From Octopus bimaculoides (taxonomy: Eukaryota): DNA of 64,000 nt. The DNA lies in contig NC_068985.1 of NCBI RefSeq assembly GCF_001194135.2, forward strand, positions 80,745,406-80,809,405, written 5' to 3'. The notes beneath the pieces were generated by a model that had not been told where the DNA came from, ran no database searches, and saw only the letters and a program-made list of their open reading frames with translations. Below are positions 38,253-52,619 of the stretch, in pieces. A program made the position numbers and the translations under genes. Numbering within the stretch: the stretch's first letter is position 1; the number at the start of each line of letters is the position of its first letter.

Positions 38253-40843
38253 NNNNNNNNNNNNNNNNNNNNNNNNNNNNNNNNNNNNNNNNNNNNNNNN
38301 NNNNNNNNNNNNNNNNNNNNNNNNNNNNNNNNNNNNNNNNNNNNNNNNNNNNNNNNNNNNNNNNNNNNNNNNNNNNNNNNNNNNNNNNNNNNNNNNNNNN
38401 NNNNNNNNNNNNNNNNNNNNNNNNNNNNNNNNNNNNNNNNNNNNNNNNNNNNNNNNNNNNNNNNNNNNNNNNNNNNNNNNNNNNNNNNNNNNNNNNNNNN
38501 NNNNNNNNNNNNNNNNNNNNNNNNNNNNNNNNNNNNNNNNNNNNNNNNNNNNNNNNNNNNNNNNNNNNNNNNNNNNNNNNNNNNNNNNNNNNNNNNNNNN
38601 NNNNNNNNNNNNNNNNNNNNNNNNNNNNNNNNNNNNNNNNNNNNNNNNNNNNNNNNNNNNNNNNNNNNNNNNNNNNNNNNNNNNNNNNNNNNNNNNNNNN
38701 NNNNNNNNNNNNNNNNNNNNNNNNNNNNNNNNNNNNNNNNNNNNNNNNNNNNNNNNNNNNNNNNNNNNNNNNNNNNNNNNNNNNNNNNNNNNNNNNNNNN
38801 NNNNNNNNNNNNNNNNNNNNNNNNNNNNNNNNNNNNNNNNNNNNNNNNNNNNNNNNNNNNNNNNNNNNNNNNNNNNNNNNNNNNNNNNNNNNNNNNNNNN
38901 NNNNNNNNNNNNNNNNNNNNNNNNNNNNNNNNNNNNNNNNNNNNNNNNNNNNNNNNNNNNNNNNNNNNNNNNNNNNNNNNNNNNNNNNNNNNNNNNNNNN
39001 NNNNNNNNNNNNNNNNNNNNNNNNNNNNNNNNNNNNNNNNNNNNNNNNNNNNNNNNNNNNNNNNNNNNNNNNNNNNNNNNNNNNNNNNNNNNNNNNNNNN
39101 NNNNNNNNNNNNNNNNNNNNNNNNNNNNNNNNNNNNNNNNNNNNNNNNNNNNNNNNNNNNNNNNNNNNNNNNNNNNNNNNNNNNNNNNNNNNNNNNNNNN
39201 NNNNNNNNNNNNNATATATATATATATATAAATATATACATATATATAAAATACATATTTATGTATAATATAGAGATGTGTATAATATATATATACATGT
39301 ATAAGGATATATATATATATGCATACATATACATGCATACAAACAAACACATCTTTGTTTATATAATTATACAATTTTTACATATATAAACAAAAGAATG
39401 TAATAAATATAAATATTCAATAATTATTAAATGCCTCAATAGAAAGTTATAAAGCTGACTTGCTGGCAGCACCATTTTCTAAGGAAAAGTGGTATACAAA
39501 GAAAAATAATAATAATAATAATAATAATAACAACAAGAACAAGGATAAGAATAATAATAAACTTAAAAAACAAACAAAAAGCAAAGAGAAATCAAAACAA
39601 AAATCCAACAACAAAGAAACAAACAGAAACTTTCCAAAATAAAATGGAATGCTAGAACCACAATAAATGATTTACTTACAAAAGAATATCATAGAAAACC
39701 CCCAGATCTGAGCAGATTAAGAACTATTGTGTAGAATTACATTTGTGTTTGCATTCAGTCAACATGAAATTAATTATTATAAAAAAAAAATGACAATAAA
39801 AAAAATTGAAATAACAGCAACAACAAAAGAATACAATATATTTTCATTTCATTTTTTTTTCATCTTTCTAACTACTCTAGTTGATCATATCTTGATAATT
39901 GTCACATTTCATAACTATTATTTCATTGGAGTCGGATAATTATTTTTTTATAGGATAATCCCCTTTTCATTATTGTCTTTCTTGTTGGCAAATAATCAGC
40001 TTTAATAGACAAGCTTGAACGGTTTCTATTATTGGTTTCTATTTACCTCACCTCCCACTCTGTTTTTGCTTTGTAATTTTTTTTTTTTTTTGGTTTTAAT
40101 TTTTAATAAGAAACTGATTGCAATAAAGATTTTTTTGGATATCTACAATGTTCCTTCTTTTCTTTCTTGTTTTGTTTCGTTTTCTTTCTTTCACTTTTTG
40201 GGGTTTATTTTTTTAAACATTATTGAAGATCTAGAATGTTCCAATCTTCAAACTACAACTGACTCATAAATGTTTCAAGTGATTATTATTTTTTTTTTTT
40301 GTTTTGTTAGGAGTGGGAAGGAATATATATCTTTATTATTCTCCTTTCACACTTTATTTTAGACTGATATACACACAAGCAAGGCGTACATNNNNNNNNN
40401 NNNNNNNNNNNNNNNNNNNNNNNNNNNNNNNNNNNNNNNNNNNNNNNNNNNNNNNNNNNNNNNNNNNNNNNNNNNNNNNNNNNNNNNNNNNNNNNNNNNN
40501 NNNNNNNNNNNNNNNNNNNNNNNNNNNNNNNNNNNNNNNNNNNNNNNNNNNNNNNNNNNNNNNNNNNNNNNNNNNNNNNNNNNNNNNNNNNNNNNNNNNN
40601 NNNNNNNNNNNNNNNNNNNNNNNNNNNNNNNNNNNNNNNNNNNNNNNNNNNNNNNNNNNNNNNNNNNNNNNNNNNNNNNNNNNNNNNNNNNNNNNNNNNN
40701 NNNNNNNNNNNNNNNNNNNNNNNNNNNNNNNNNNNNNNNNNNNNNNNNNNNNNNNNNNNNNNNNNNNNNNNNNNNNNNNNNNNNNNNNNNNNNNNNNNNN
40801 NNNNNNNNNNNNNNNNNNNNNNNNNNNNNNNNNNNNNNNNNNN

Positions 40844-40891
<48 letters not shown>

Positions 40892-42074
40892 ATGTATGTA
40901 TTTGTATGTATAATTCTTCCCCTTTAACATTTTGCACATTTGTTTTATGCCTACTTAATTTCCAAGAGGATGTTTTTCTTTAGTTCCTTTTATATATTGT
41001 CAATTTATTGCTCAGTTGAATAGCTTCCCAATCATCATGTTTCACATATAATCCTTTGTTTTTCCCCTTGCTATTTTGCTTATTTTACCTGACATTGATA
41101 TCATCATGAAATTAATGTTATTTGTTCCATTTCTAAACACTGTTTAGATTTTAAGATAAATTTTCATTATGTGTGGTAAATTGTAAAGTATTGATTACTA
41201 AGTTGAAAAGAATTCTTAACTTTGTACATTATGTCTCTTTATTTTATAACAATATGATAAACTTTTCTATTCTTCTTTCATTTATAAAGCAATGGGTAAA
41301 ATAGCTTTCCTTTTCTCAGTTTCTTTTTGTTGTATTTCGTTTAAAATATAATCAATATCCTATATACATTGTTTTCCCTTGTGTTTGCCCTATTGTATAT
41401 AATTTTTATTGTTTCAATGCCTTTTCATAAGCTATAATAGACATAAATATTCATTTTTAACACCTAATATTTTCACTGTTTTTGATTCTTTCCACAACAT
41501 TGTATATAAAAGAAATTAAGTTAATTATCTGGTTATTTTTTGGTTTCATTTTGCATTTGTGTGAGATCTAATTTTAAGGTTATTAAGCAAAAGCCTGATA
41601 TTTATATAAACATTACTATGATATTTAACAAATGCATTCTGAATTAAAGTATATAATGTAAATATCTGCTATGCCAAGAGGGACGTCAGAGTCACTGGCT
41701 GTTACTTAGCTCGGATTTCATAGCAAGAAGGTAATGAGAGAGAAATTTCTCTGAGAATAAGATACTTTCCTCTTACAGGTGATATTTCTAAATGAACCAG
41801 AACCTATTCCTAACTGTCAGGTGAACTGAGGCAACATAAAATAATATTGTAAAGCATCAGCTTTAGATTTGAACTTGTGATCTATGGCATTAGACCAGTC
41901 TATAAATTGGTCTAATGCCTGAGTCCTTTTCTTTCTAGCTTAATTATATAGCCATTGTATAAAATATGCTCACTAACCAGTTTTAACTCTGTTTAAATAC
42001 AACTGGAAGGTAATGATTGATTTTGATGAGAGTATACTGTCAAATTTTGTTGAAATACACACAAAAATATAGGC

Positions 42075-42670
42075 GCAGGTATGGCTGTGTGTTAAGAAGC
42101 TTGTTTCCCAACCATGTGGTTCCGGGTTCAGTCCTATTGCATGGGACCTTGGGCAAGTGTCTTCTACTATAGCCTTGGGCCAACCAAAGCCTTGTGAGTG
42201 GATTTGGGAGACAGAAACTGAAAGAAGCCCATTGATTGGATCAATCTTGAGTATAACCAACCGAAATTGCAAAGATAATCTGGAATTCGACTGAGGAAAC
42301 AAAAGTCTGAATGACCCATCCTTGTCTTCTTTGTATCATCTATCTGGATGTTTTGTTGTCCCTTTTTTGTATCATCTAACTGTCTGGATGTTTTGCATTC
42401 TTGTCTCATTTTGTATTTTATATATATATATATATATATTGTATATGTATATCTATGTGTGTGTCTTTGTGTCTGTGTTTGTCTTACCATCACTGCTTGA
42501 GAACTGGTGTTGGTGTGTTTATGTCCCTGTAACTTAGTGTTTCAGCAAAAGAGATCTATAAAATTAGTACCAGGCTTAAAAAGTAAGCACTGGGGTCGAT
42601 TCATATGACTAAAAATTCAAGGCAGTGCCCCAACATGGCTGCAGTCTAATGCCTGAAGCAAGTAAAAGAT
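42075..42670 (+). mobile_element. SINE family B copy with an unrelated insert of about 190 bp (42233-42420) at its internal microsatellite
   Basis: Head 42075-42232, tail 42465-42670; the insert holds a direct repeat ttgtatcatcta..ctggatgttttg and ends in (TA)n. Confidence 0.75.
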
Positions 42671-43066
42671 ACACACATGCACACATGCATGTATTAAACA
42701 TTTTATGATTATATTTCATAGCAACGAAATATGTAATTTATAAGAAAATCTGACAAAAATAGAGTATAGTATTTTACTGACATTGATGTTACTGGTGCTG
42801 GAGATTTGAAAAAAAAAGTCAAATACTCATATGGTTTGTACTGAGAACTTTGAGGTACTCAGTTTACCAAAATGAAGGATTTAGATTTAGATTCTATTGA
42901 TATGACATACATTGGTTGGGTGTATCCCAGATACAACCATTTACAAAAAAATGCTGAAATATAAAAAGATGTTACGTATGCTTGCGTGTGTGTGATTAGT
43001 TGTATGAATGCACATGCACATAAACACTCAGAGACATACACATATCTGTAAATATATTCTCCAATT

Positions 43067-43101
<35 letters not shown>

Positions 43102-44304
43102 CGTGTATGTGTGTGTGTGTTTTGCATGATATAAAAACAGACATCAATATAAAGTAGTTAAAAAATATGAAGTATGTATGTGTGTCATTAGTTTACTTAT
43201 GCAATATGTTGTGTTCTGGCATTTTGCTACTCTTTTTGGGGCAACTTGTTCATAGACTTGTTAATGTTGTTTAACCCCATTTTAACTAATAGACCTATAT
43301 TCAAATGCATTATTACCATTGCCATTTAACTTTTTCTTTTCTGCTGAAACTCAGTCTACATTTATCCAATACAGCATTCTTTTTTTAAGGTAGTAGGGTG
43401 TTGTCTGAAGAAAACGTGGCTAACAGGTTGAAAAATCACTTAGAGGCTTCCTTGCTGTCTCATGAGAGGCTTTCTTTCTGGACAAGACTTCTTTATTTGT
43501 AAGTAGTGGGTGTATTTGGATAGTAATAATTCATTTTATGTTTATGCATTTATTTTGCAAGATTCCTGAGGTGAAATCTTGTGCTGAAACAGATATTGTT
43601 ATATTTAGAGAGGGTCATATTTTTGCCAATTAACAATCATTCATCTATTTACTAGAATTGTGGAATAGATATGGATGAGGTATTAATTAAACTATCAGCT
43701 CACAGATTGCAAGTTCCAATCATTTGTGTTTTGTTGCATGTGGTTAGGCTGTACATTGAATACTACATTGATGCAATCCATTCAGATGCTGGGGATAAGT
43801 ATCAAATCAATCAGCATCCTGTCTAGTTTAGTTTTCTCTAGTTTGTTTTGCTCCTTGAAACTGGGACTAAGTTCCACTCCATAACTATTCTGTGAAACTA
43901 TTGAATGAGACATTAGTACCTAAGCTCTATACTAAATCCTCCATAATGCTGGCTGCTTTTGGTTAATATCTATCTGAAGGAAGATTTATCAGCATATCTT
44001 AAACCAAGAGTAAGCATTATTGGCTCTTTAGAACCCCCTCAGTTGAAAAGGAAACATTTTTCTTTTACAGTTTCCATATCCATTTCCCCACACCCCCAAT
44101 TTGCTTGATTGGGGTGGTTTTCTTTTGGAGAAATTGTTTTAGACTGAGTGCTCTTCTTACTACTAACTACCTAAGTTAGTCAAGCAAAGTTGCATAAGTA
44201 GAGTTATATAACTTGCTCAAATATACAGCACAATAAGAGTAACATCTAAATGAGTATACCTGCACCTTAATCTTACAAATCTTGGTACCTTGGTAATTTG
44301 TCCA

Positions 44305-44348
<44 letters not shown>

Positions 44349-45504
44349 TGCCATTGCCTAACCATAGAAATGTGGTGAGACACAATGTGTGTGTGTGTGT
44401 GTGTTGGAGGAAAAGAAAAAGAGTGAAAGAGAGAGGGAGTTTGTGTATGTGTTGGAAGAAGAGAAAAAGAATGAAAAAGAGATATAGATAGAGAATGTAT
44501 ATGTGTGTAGGAAATAAAAATACGTTCTAGAAGACTGATAAACAAGCAACAAGTCATTATTTTCAAAGCAGTCTATTAGTTTTGGACGTTGTTTCTTTTT
44601 TTTTATCATTTATTTTTTCCTAGTTAGCACAGACAACTTTGATTAATGGTGATATTTGAGAAATAAAAAATTAAAAGTTAAATCAGATGCACTTTTACAG
44701 AAGTCACTTGTACAGCTGAATAACTAGCCAACTATTAACTTGTATTTGCACATTATCTGATACTGTATGTATCATATGATACCACATGTATCATCTAGTT
44801 GTTGGTCAGTCTTTTTTGTATTGTACTGTAGGTCTAAATGTGGGTGTCTGGAAAGTTCTTGGATTTAAGAAACATGGGATAGCTAACATATGGGTAGAAA
44901 GCAGCTTGCTTAGTCCTTGCTGCTCTCTGCCCTTTGCATGACTCTATATTGTTGCAGAGAGTTGAATACCACATATAATGTGTTGAACTTGTTGCTAAAA
45001 GGTTATTTGATGATTTCATAATGTATTTAAAATGATTGCTTTGCTCTGCATAAATTATGTGCCATTGAAGAAATGTTAAGTTCTTAACACATGAACTAGA
45101 GTAGAAATTGTTGCCAACTGAGAAGGAAAGAATACAAACATTTCCATGCCCAGAGATACAGAAGAGTGGCTTTTATAGTAGGATATGAATTTTGTCAACA
45201 ATACCAGCACATTAATCTCCTGGGCATATATGTTGCTTGGATATATAAGTATGATCAAGTATGTAAAAGTATGACAATAATGATCATCTTCATGATGAAA
45301 ATGTGATTAATATTGTATAGACATGCATCTGAGTGTCATAAACACATTGATGAGCTAGACAAGAATACCGAAATTAGTACACTTTCTTCTGAACACACAG
45401 ATGCATGTGTGTGGGCATGTATATATATATATAATGTGTGTATGTAAATCTGTCTATATATATATATTTGTATTGTATTTATATATGCTATAATCATCAT
45501 CATC

Positions 45505-45750
45505 ATCATCATCATTTAGCATCTGTTTTCTATGCGGGATGGTTTGACAGGAGCTGGCAAGCAAGAAGACTGCATCAGATTTCACTGTCTGTTTTGGTAC
45601 GGTTTTTACAGCTGAATGTCCTTCCTAATGCCAATCACCCTACAAAGTGGAGTGAGTGCATTTTATGTGGGACCAGCACTGACACTGTCTGCTTTAACAC
45701 AGTTTTTATAGCTGGATGGCCTTCCAAATGTCAACTACTTTATAGCATTT
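45505..45750 (+). mobile_element. RTE 3'-UTR-related repeat with (CAT)n end
   Basis: cagctgaatgtccttcctaatgccaa block shared with 23010. Confidence 0.65.
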
Positions 45751-45774
45751 TCTAATATGTAAAAAGGAATATAC

Positions 45775-46250
45775 TTCATGAACCTTACTTTTAGAAACTT
45801 CCAACTCCCCTTCAAGTTCTCTAGTTGTGATATTTGAGTTTTCTTTGATTTTTGCCTTCAAGATATCTTCACCCAATTTTGAAGGTCTTCCTTTGCAACT
45901 GTCTTCTTCCAAGCTAAACTCTCCAGCTTTAAATCTTGCAAACCACCTTTGAACAATTGATTCACCTACAGCATCGTCACCGTAAACCTTACAAATGTCT
46001 TTGCAAGTTTTTGTAGTATTTTCTCCTTTTTTGAAAAAGAAATACATTATAATGCAAATATGATATTTTTGGTTATCCATTTCCAATGTCAATCAAGGGT
46101 AACCTAAATGAAAGATAAGTCTATTTTTAGTCAGGAACAAAGAAGAGATGCGCTAACACCGAAGTTTTAACTGTGTTACGTTTTAGGTGTGTTCAGTGAA
46201 GTGTTAAAAGATTTAGCTTAAAAACGCTCAGAACTTTCCGGACAACCTAA
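45775..46250 (-). mobile_element. Truncated mariner transposon (5' TIR plus HTH domain, Hsmar/SETMAR-type)
   Basis: TA|TTAGGTTGTCCGGAAAGTTC terminus; MDNQKYH...ICKVYGDDAVGESIVQRWFARFKAGEFSLEEDSCKGRPS...ITTREL. Confidence 0.9.
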
Positions 46251-46251
46251 T

Positions 46252-46285
<34 letters not shown>

Positions 46286-46439
46286 TGTTTACATAATAAA
46301 AAATAATTCTATGCAAAACCAGAGATGATCCTTTTCATATGTATTGGTGGGCTCATTGGACTCTGCACAAATTACAAATATTGTTGGACTCTTCTTACTA
46401 TATAAGCTGAAATCTTATTTCTCGGAATTTAGTGGAAAT

Positions 46440-47620
46440 TTATGCCAGAATAATGCAACATTAACAATAAATAATGTTAACCATTCTACCTAATCAACAC
46501 TCTGTAAAAATCAACCTTCTTTAAAAATTATAACCTGTCTATCACTTTGAACTTGGAGTATAAAAAAAGAGTAATTTTCTCAATGTTACCTCAGATTTTA
46601 ATATTAGTGTACACTTTCTTTTTCTCAAACTTCACTAAAATCTTGATAACACACACAAAACTTCAAATCATCTAAAAAACATAGTAGGTAATCATGTAAG
46701 GAATATATCTTTAGAATATCTAAACAATCTTCTAATGTAGAAATATCTAATAACAACTCTGAATATTATAATGATACTCTGCTGAGAAATGGTTTTATAG
46801 ATAAGATCCAATTTATTCCATCTGATATAAACAGCTCTAATTTTAGCATAATTTCTGCACATAAGCATACAAAACATATTAATACACCACATAAACCTTT
46901 AACTCAACATTCCAAACCTAAGAATATTGCAAATAACTAAAGAAGTGATAATGCTAATATAATCACATCTAATATAATTAACCACAATGATAATATAACT
47001 AGACCTAAGAATAAAAATTTAAAAAAAAACCTGATATGCCCAGAAACAAAACCGATAAATGTACAGATAGTTGGGGAAAATTTAATAAAACTAATAAATG
47101 AAATTAATGAATCTCAAAATCTTGAGAGTGAATATGTAACTAAACATAGAATTAAAAACTGTAATAAAATAAATATACACAAAAATCTTATAATAAAGTT
47201 GAATCAAATGACCACAGCATGCCTAATAGTAATACAAAATCTAACTTAAAACCGGATAAAAAATAGCATAATCCATTCTGACATATCTAAAATTGAATAT
47301 TCAAGCAACACATCTTTAAGAAAACTCACAAAGGATAATTACCTTATACTTTCCATAAAAATTACTGCTACCCATGAGAAAATAGGAATACTAAAATGAG
47401 AAAAAGAACATAACATGGTTTAATGCACTAGATGCAAAAAAAAAAATGTTAGAACAAACATACCGTACGTTTTCATAATATATCAAGTAGAAAATTTCCT
47501 CAAAACCATGTATATAACTGCATTTTTAATACAGTTATATTTTCTTACTCCACAGCACCAAATCTTGCAGATATAGAATACTAGTAAAATGAATAAGTAC
47601 AATAAATATAACACAAACAA
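46440..47620 (+). mobile_element. Highly decayed Penelope-like element (RT C-terminal half)
   Basis: FLNVTSD, SNH, SSNVEISNNNSEYYNDTLLRNGF, KRNITWFN...VRTNI, FSYSTAPNL. Confidence 0.65.
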
Positions 47621-47837
47621 ATGGTAACTTAAATGCTTAGACCAAGCACAAGCTGAGAGCAAATCTGTTTGCCAGTTGTCTTTTGAACAGACAACATTTA
47701 AACAGAATAGAAACAAAAAGGAGATAACTAATGTTACAATAATTCGATGTCAGACAGACATAAGCAAAATGTTAATGATTTACTGAATGGTTGATGGTTT
47801 ACTTTTAAATTCTGACAAGATGCATTTCTTGAAATGT

Positions 47838-47992
47838 GATGTGGCTGTGTGGTAAGAAGCTGGCTTCCCAACAATATGTTTTCAGAGGCAGTCCCACTGC
47901 ACGGTACCTTGGGCAAATGTCTTCTAATATTGCACCAGGCCAAGCAAAGCCTTGTGAGCAGTTTTGGTAGATGGAAACTGAAAGAAGCCTGT
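47838..47992 (+). mobile_element. SINE family B head
   Basis: Family consensus match. Confidence 0.8.
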
Positions 47993-48599
47993 TGTATATA
48001 TATATGTATATATTTATATAAAACGTGTTGAAAAGTGACACATGAGTTGATATGTATAAAGAAAATATGACAAGGTAGAAAATGCTCAAATAATTTTATC
48101 ATGAAATACATTTTGTAATGGTTAGTACCAGTTTTTGTCTTTTTGACCTTTTTAACTAAGAGTTAAACAAAGGTGGATATTAATTAAGAAGAAAAACAAT
48201 TAAATTTTATAAAAAAGCAATTAAATTGAAGAAAAATTAAATGAAATGTTTTATAAATATTTCACGGTGGTGCACCAGCATGACCGCAGCCACTTGGCTG
48301 AAACACATAAATAAATAAATAAAATAGTCTTCAAATNNNNNNNNNNNNNNNNNNNNNNNNNNNNNNNNNNNNNNNNNNNNNNNNNNNNNNNNNNNNNNNN
48401 NNNNNNNNNNNNNNNNNNNNNNNNNNNNNNNNNNNNNNNNNNNNNNNNNNAAGGTGAAGAAAAAGGAGGAGAAGAAGAAGAGGAAGAGGAAGAAGAAGAA
48501 GAAGAAGAAGAAGAAGAAGAAGAAGAAGAAGAAGAAGAAGAAGAAGAAGAAGAAGAAAAAGTGATATTACCCAGTAGTAAAGGCTGTTTGTGGAATCTG

Positions 48600-49400
48600 C
48601 TTTAATGGTCAAGTGGCCTCACAGTGACCTGTTGTGGTTGTAGTAGCAGTAGCAGTATGTCTGTTCTAAATAAATTCGTGGGTAGTAACTATTCTAAATA
48701 TATCTATCGTTTTTAATATTTTCGTGGATATTATTCCAAGATCCCTGTAGTAGTGTCGTCTGTGGTGGAAGCATTCAAAAGAGGTTCATAATTTCAAGGC
48801 CAGATTCAATAATCACACTTTAAGTTTCAGGAACTGGGACAAAAGGAAACGACCAAATTATCCAGTCGTATATGGTCTTCAAAAGATAAAGGTGTCAGTT
48901 ACAACATCCATTGGAAGATCTTAGTCAAGTGTAAACCTTACACAAGCGGTAGCGGATAGTGCGGTCTATGTGATATGGAAAGATAGCTCATCTGGAAAGG
49001 CAGCTTAGACCCCGCCACATGTCTAAATTCAAGGACTGAATTTTTCGGATCATGTCCACATGTGGCTAAATATTTGCTACATTTTTGGTCCCCCTGAGTT
49101 TACTGATAGGACTTGCTTCCTATACTGTGTCTATGCATAAGCTTTTTATCTTTCTATACTTTTTACTTAGATTTCTTATATATTTTTTATATTTTTTACA
49201 TAATTATAGAGTTAATGTTTTGTATTTTTTCCACACATATTTTTCTGTTTTCTCCCCTCCACCCTGTTTTTTCCTGTGCGTCTATAGACACGTACATGGA
49301 ACCTTATGTGTATGCTTGTGAACGTGTGCATGTGTGTGGGTACGTGCATATATAGATGTATGTGCATGCATGTGAAAATATGCGCATATAGGCACGTTTT
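48600..49400 (+). mobile_element. Younger Penelope-like element: GIY-YIG C-terminus plus 3' UTR
   Basis: NFKARFNNHTLSFRN...LSSRIWS.KDKGVSYNIHWKILVKCKPYTSG..CGLCDME...CLNSRTEFFGSCPHVAKYLL; CpGs retained. Confidence 0.85.
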
Positions 49401-50274
49401 AACCTTATAGCCTTTTCACACTTTCTTCTGTATTTTGATTTTGGCCCTATGATTTTTTTTGTGTGCGTGTGTATGGGTGCGAGGTTGTTGAGTGCGTGTG
49501 TGTGTGGGTGTGTATGCGGGTATATATATATATATATGTACATATATGCATAGTTTTTGGCGAGTGTGTGGGTGAGCATGTGTGTGTTTCAAGCGAGGGT
49601 GGTTCAATATATACTATAGGTAAATGTATGGATTGGTGCACTTACGCGAACACTATAGATTTTCTACTCCCTTACCTTTACCCCCTCTCGTTACTTAGCG
49701 GTCTATAGCGCTTTTGTCTTAATAACGGTCAACCACACNNNNNNNNNNNNNNNNNNNNNNNNNNNNNNNNNNNNNNNNNNNNNNNNNNNNNNNNNNNNNN
49801 NNNNNNNNNNNNNNNNNNNNNNNNNNNNNNNNNNNNNNNNNNNNNNNNNNNNNNNNNNNNNNNNNNNNNNNNNNNNNNNNNNNNNNNNNNNNNNNNNNNN
49901 NNNNNNNNNNNNNNNNNNNNNNNNNNNNNNNNNNNNNNNNNNNNNNNNNNNNNNNNNNNNNNNNNNNNNNNNNNNNNNNNNNNNNNNNNNNNNNNNNNNN
50001 NNNNNNNNNNNNNNNNNNNNNNNNNNNNNNNNNNNNNNNNNNNNNNNNNNNNNNNNNNNNNNNNNNNNNNNNNNNNNNNNNNNNNNNNNNNNNNNNNNNN
50101 NNNNNNNNNNNNNNNNNNNNNNNNTATATATAGTTTTGTCATATTCTGTTAAGAACATAGTAGAGTACAGTATAAAGCTCGTCCACCTTCAGATTTCATC
50201 CTGTGCTATCCAATAGTAGTATTATACATACTTTCAGATTTGCATTGAGGCTTCTGTAGTTTGTGAATAGATAA

Positions 50275-50417
50275 TTGAAAATGTTGGTATCAACAAGAAG
50301 GAGTACGGTTGGACATTTATTTGCAATCACAATTGTAGAGTAGTGATTAGAAACAATTGTAGTGATTGCAAATAAATGTCCAACCGTACTCCTTCTTGTT
50401 GACTCCAACATTTTCAA
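50275..50417. repeat. Near-perfect 56-bp inverted repeat (hairpin)
   Basis: 50275-50330 pairs with 50362-50417 with 2 mismatches; a further 6 bp form after a 3-nt bulge. Confidence 0.95.
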
Positions 50418-50996
50418 ATGGTTATGTAAACCTATTACTGCTTCTTTGCCCTTTCTTACCAACTGCTTGTCAAATCTATCCTCCTTCTTAAGCTATAGTT
50501 GTGACTCTATGTGTGCATACGTGTGTTTACATGAATGTATGTGTGTGTGTACGTGTTATGATCATAAGATTGTAGTATGTATGTGAGAGAGTATGTGTAT
50601 ATAAGTGTTCATTGACTATGTAACTTTAATCATTGTTACTATCTCCTTACTGCTGCATGTCAGCTTCAGTGTTCCGCTACTGACTTCAACTTTTTATGCT
50701 AATTCTCTCTTTTCTCTCATTTATTCCCTCTTCCCTTCTCTTTTTATGATGTGAAATCGACTAGCCGGTTAACTAACCAACATTTATATCAGTTGTTATA
50801 TAGAAGTAATTTAGACATTTCTTTGTGTTAGCATATGCCATTCCAACTATGTTAGAATGACATGTCATTAATACTTGTTACTATGTATACAGTTTTGTAC
50901 TTAATTCAGAATTTTATTACATTTTATGTGAAGAAGCTGTTTCCAAATTTCCTTGATCAGCACTTTTTTCTATCTACTACTACAGAGTATTTGTAC

Positions 50997-51044
<48 letters not shown>

Positions 51045-51046
<2 letters not shown>

Positions 51047-51380
51047 CAAAGAAATAGCTGTGTAGTAAGAAGTTTGCTTTTCAACTACATGGTTCTGGGT
51101 TCAGTTCAGTCCCACTGCATGGCACCTTAGGCAAATGTCTTCTACTGTAGCCTCAGGTCAACCAAAACCTTGTGAGTGGATTTGGTAGTGTCTTTGTATC
51201 TGAGTTTGTCCTCCTCTACCACTTGACAACTGATGTTGGTGTGTTTGCATCTCTGTAACTTAGTGGTTTGGCAAAAGAGACAAAAGAATAAGTACCAGGC
51301 CTTAAAAAAGAAAAAAAGAGAAAGTACTGATGCTCCAGCATGGCCACAAGGCTAATCACTGAAGCAAGTAAATGATAAAA
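51045..51380 (+). mobile_element. Full SINE family B copy
   Basis: Head and tail consensus match. Confidence 0.8.
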
Positions 51381-51418
51381 AAGATATAAGATAAAAATAT
51401 ATACACATATTGCATGCA

Positions 51419-51475
<57 letters not shown>

Positions 51476-51859
51476 ACACAACAAAGTTTATTGCAGGTAA
51501 TAAATGAAGTGCATTTTTGTCCCTAAAAGAAAGTGAACTTATAACCCACTTCTTCNNNNNNNNNNTTATAACCCACTTCTTCAATTCTATCAATGAACCA
51601 CATGATAGGAAATTATGTAAACAAAAGATATAAATGAATTGATTTAGTAGGGCAGAGGAGAAATTTATATATATATATATATATATATATATCTTCTGAG
51701 TTTGTTTATGGGAAACGTTTTACAAATAAAGCTCCTATTCCATTATGTTGTCCACAGTTTAATGATGCTGACCGATGAAACAGATTTTTGGGGTTGCATC
51801 AAGCTGTACTGATATAATGTAGGATAAATTTAGTAATAATAACAATAAACCTTGGATAG

Positions 51860-52194
51860 AATTTATAAATATTTAATGCATTGCAATATGTGTTCCCACA
51901 AATCACATGTCTCTTAAGATTACAGTCCGTATTTCTGGGATGATTAGAGTTGTCTATAGTTTCCATAGGCACCAGGTAGATCATCTTCATGGATTGATTT
52001 CTTCAGATGATGTAACATTTATAGATGTTTAACAGAGGATTGTTTATCCCTTTATGAATCCATGAAGATGAGCTACTCAAACCCCATGGATACTACAGAC
52101 TACACTGTAATCATCTCAGGAATATGGACTGTAATCTTAAGAGACATGTGATTTGTGGAAATGCTCATAGCAATGCATTAAAAGTTTATAAACT
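51860..52194. repeat. Imperfect fold-back with arms of about 136 bp (MITE-like)
   Basis: 51860-51995 is the reverse complement of 52057-52194, including a perfect 33-bp core ggactgtaatcttaagagacatgtgatttgtgg. Confidence 0.85.
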
Positions 52195-52282
52195 CCGTCT
52201 TGGACAAGCGTCTTCTACTATAGCTCCAAGCTGACCAAAGCTTTGTGATTGGATTTGGTAGATGGAAACCTAAAGGGGCCAG

Positions 52283-52323
<41 letters not shown>

Positions 52324-52619
52324 TATATGTGTGTGTGTGTGTGATGTAAACAAATGTTGTTCATTTCTAATAATCTGTGAGAAAATGTCTGGCCATGGGG
52401 AGATATTACCTTTCTTGCTAACAGGTAAAGGTTGGAGACAAGAAGGGTATTTGGCAGTAAAAGATTTGCCTCAAAGAATTCTTGTGAATCCATGAATGCA
52501 TGGATAACTGGAAGTTAAAATAACAACGATGAGGAAATATGTGGTGCATTGCTGCACTCAAGAAGACCAGCCCACTACAACAGAATTGAGATCCTAGAAC
52601 CAAATTGCCATGTAAAAAC

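Noticed and set aside
41200-41680. Possible further Penelope GIY-YIG remnant on the minus strand
   Set aside because: Too decayed to support any motif confidently.
43390-43498. Apparent 109-nt exon with good splice sites (SRVLSEENVANRLK...)
   Set aside because: Lies inside a repeat that has a second copy at 4960-5215 on the opposite strand.
45340-45380. TTGATGAG...CGAAATTAGTACAC resembling a decayed hammerhead
   Set aside because: Stem II and stem I do not pair; at best an unrecognisable relic.
51536-51582. Direct repeat ttataacccacttcttc on both sides of a 10-N gap
   Set aside because: Typical unmerged contig overlap, so an assembly artefact rather than a TSD.
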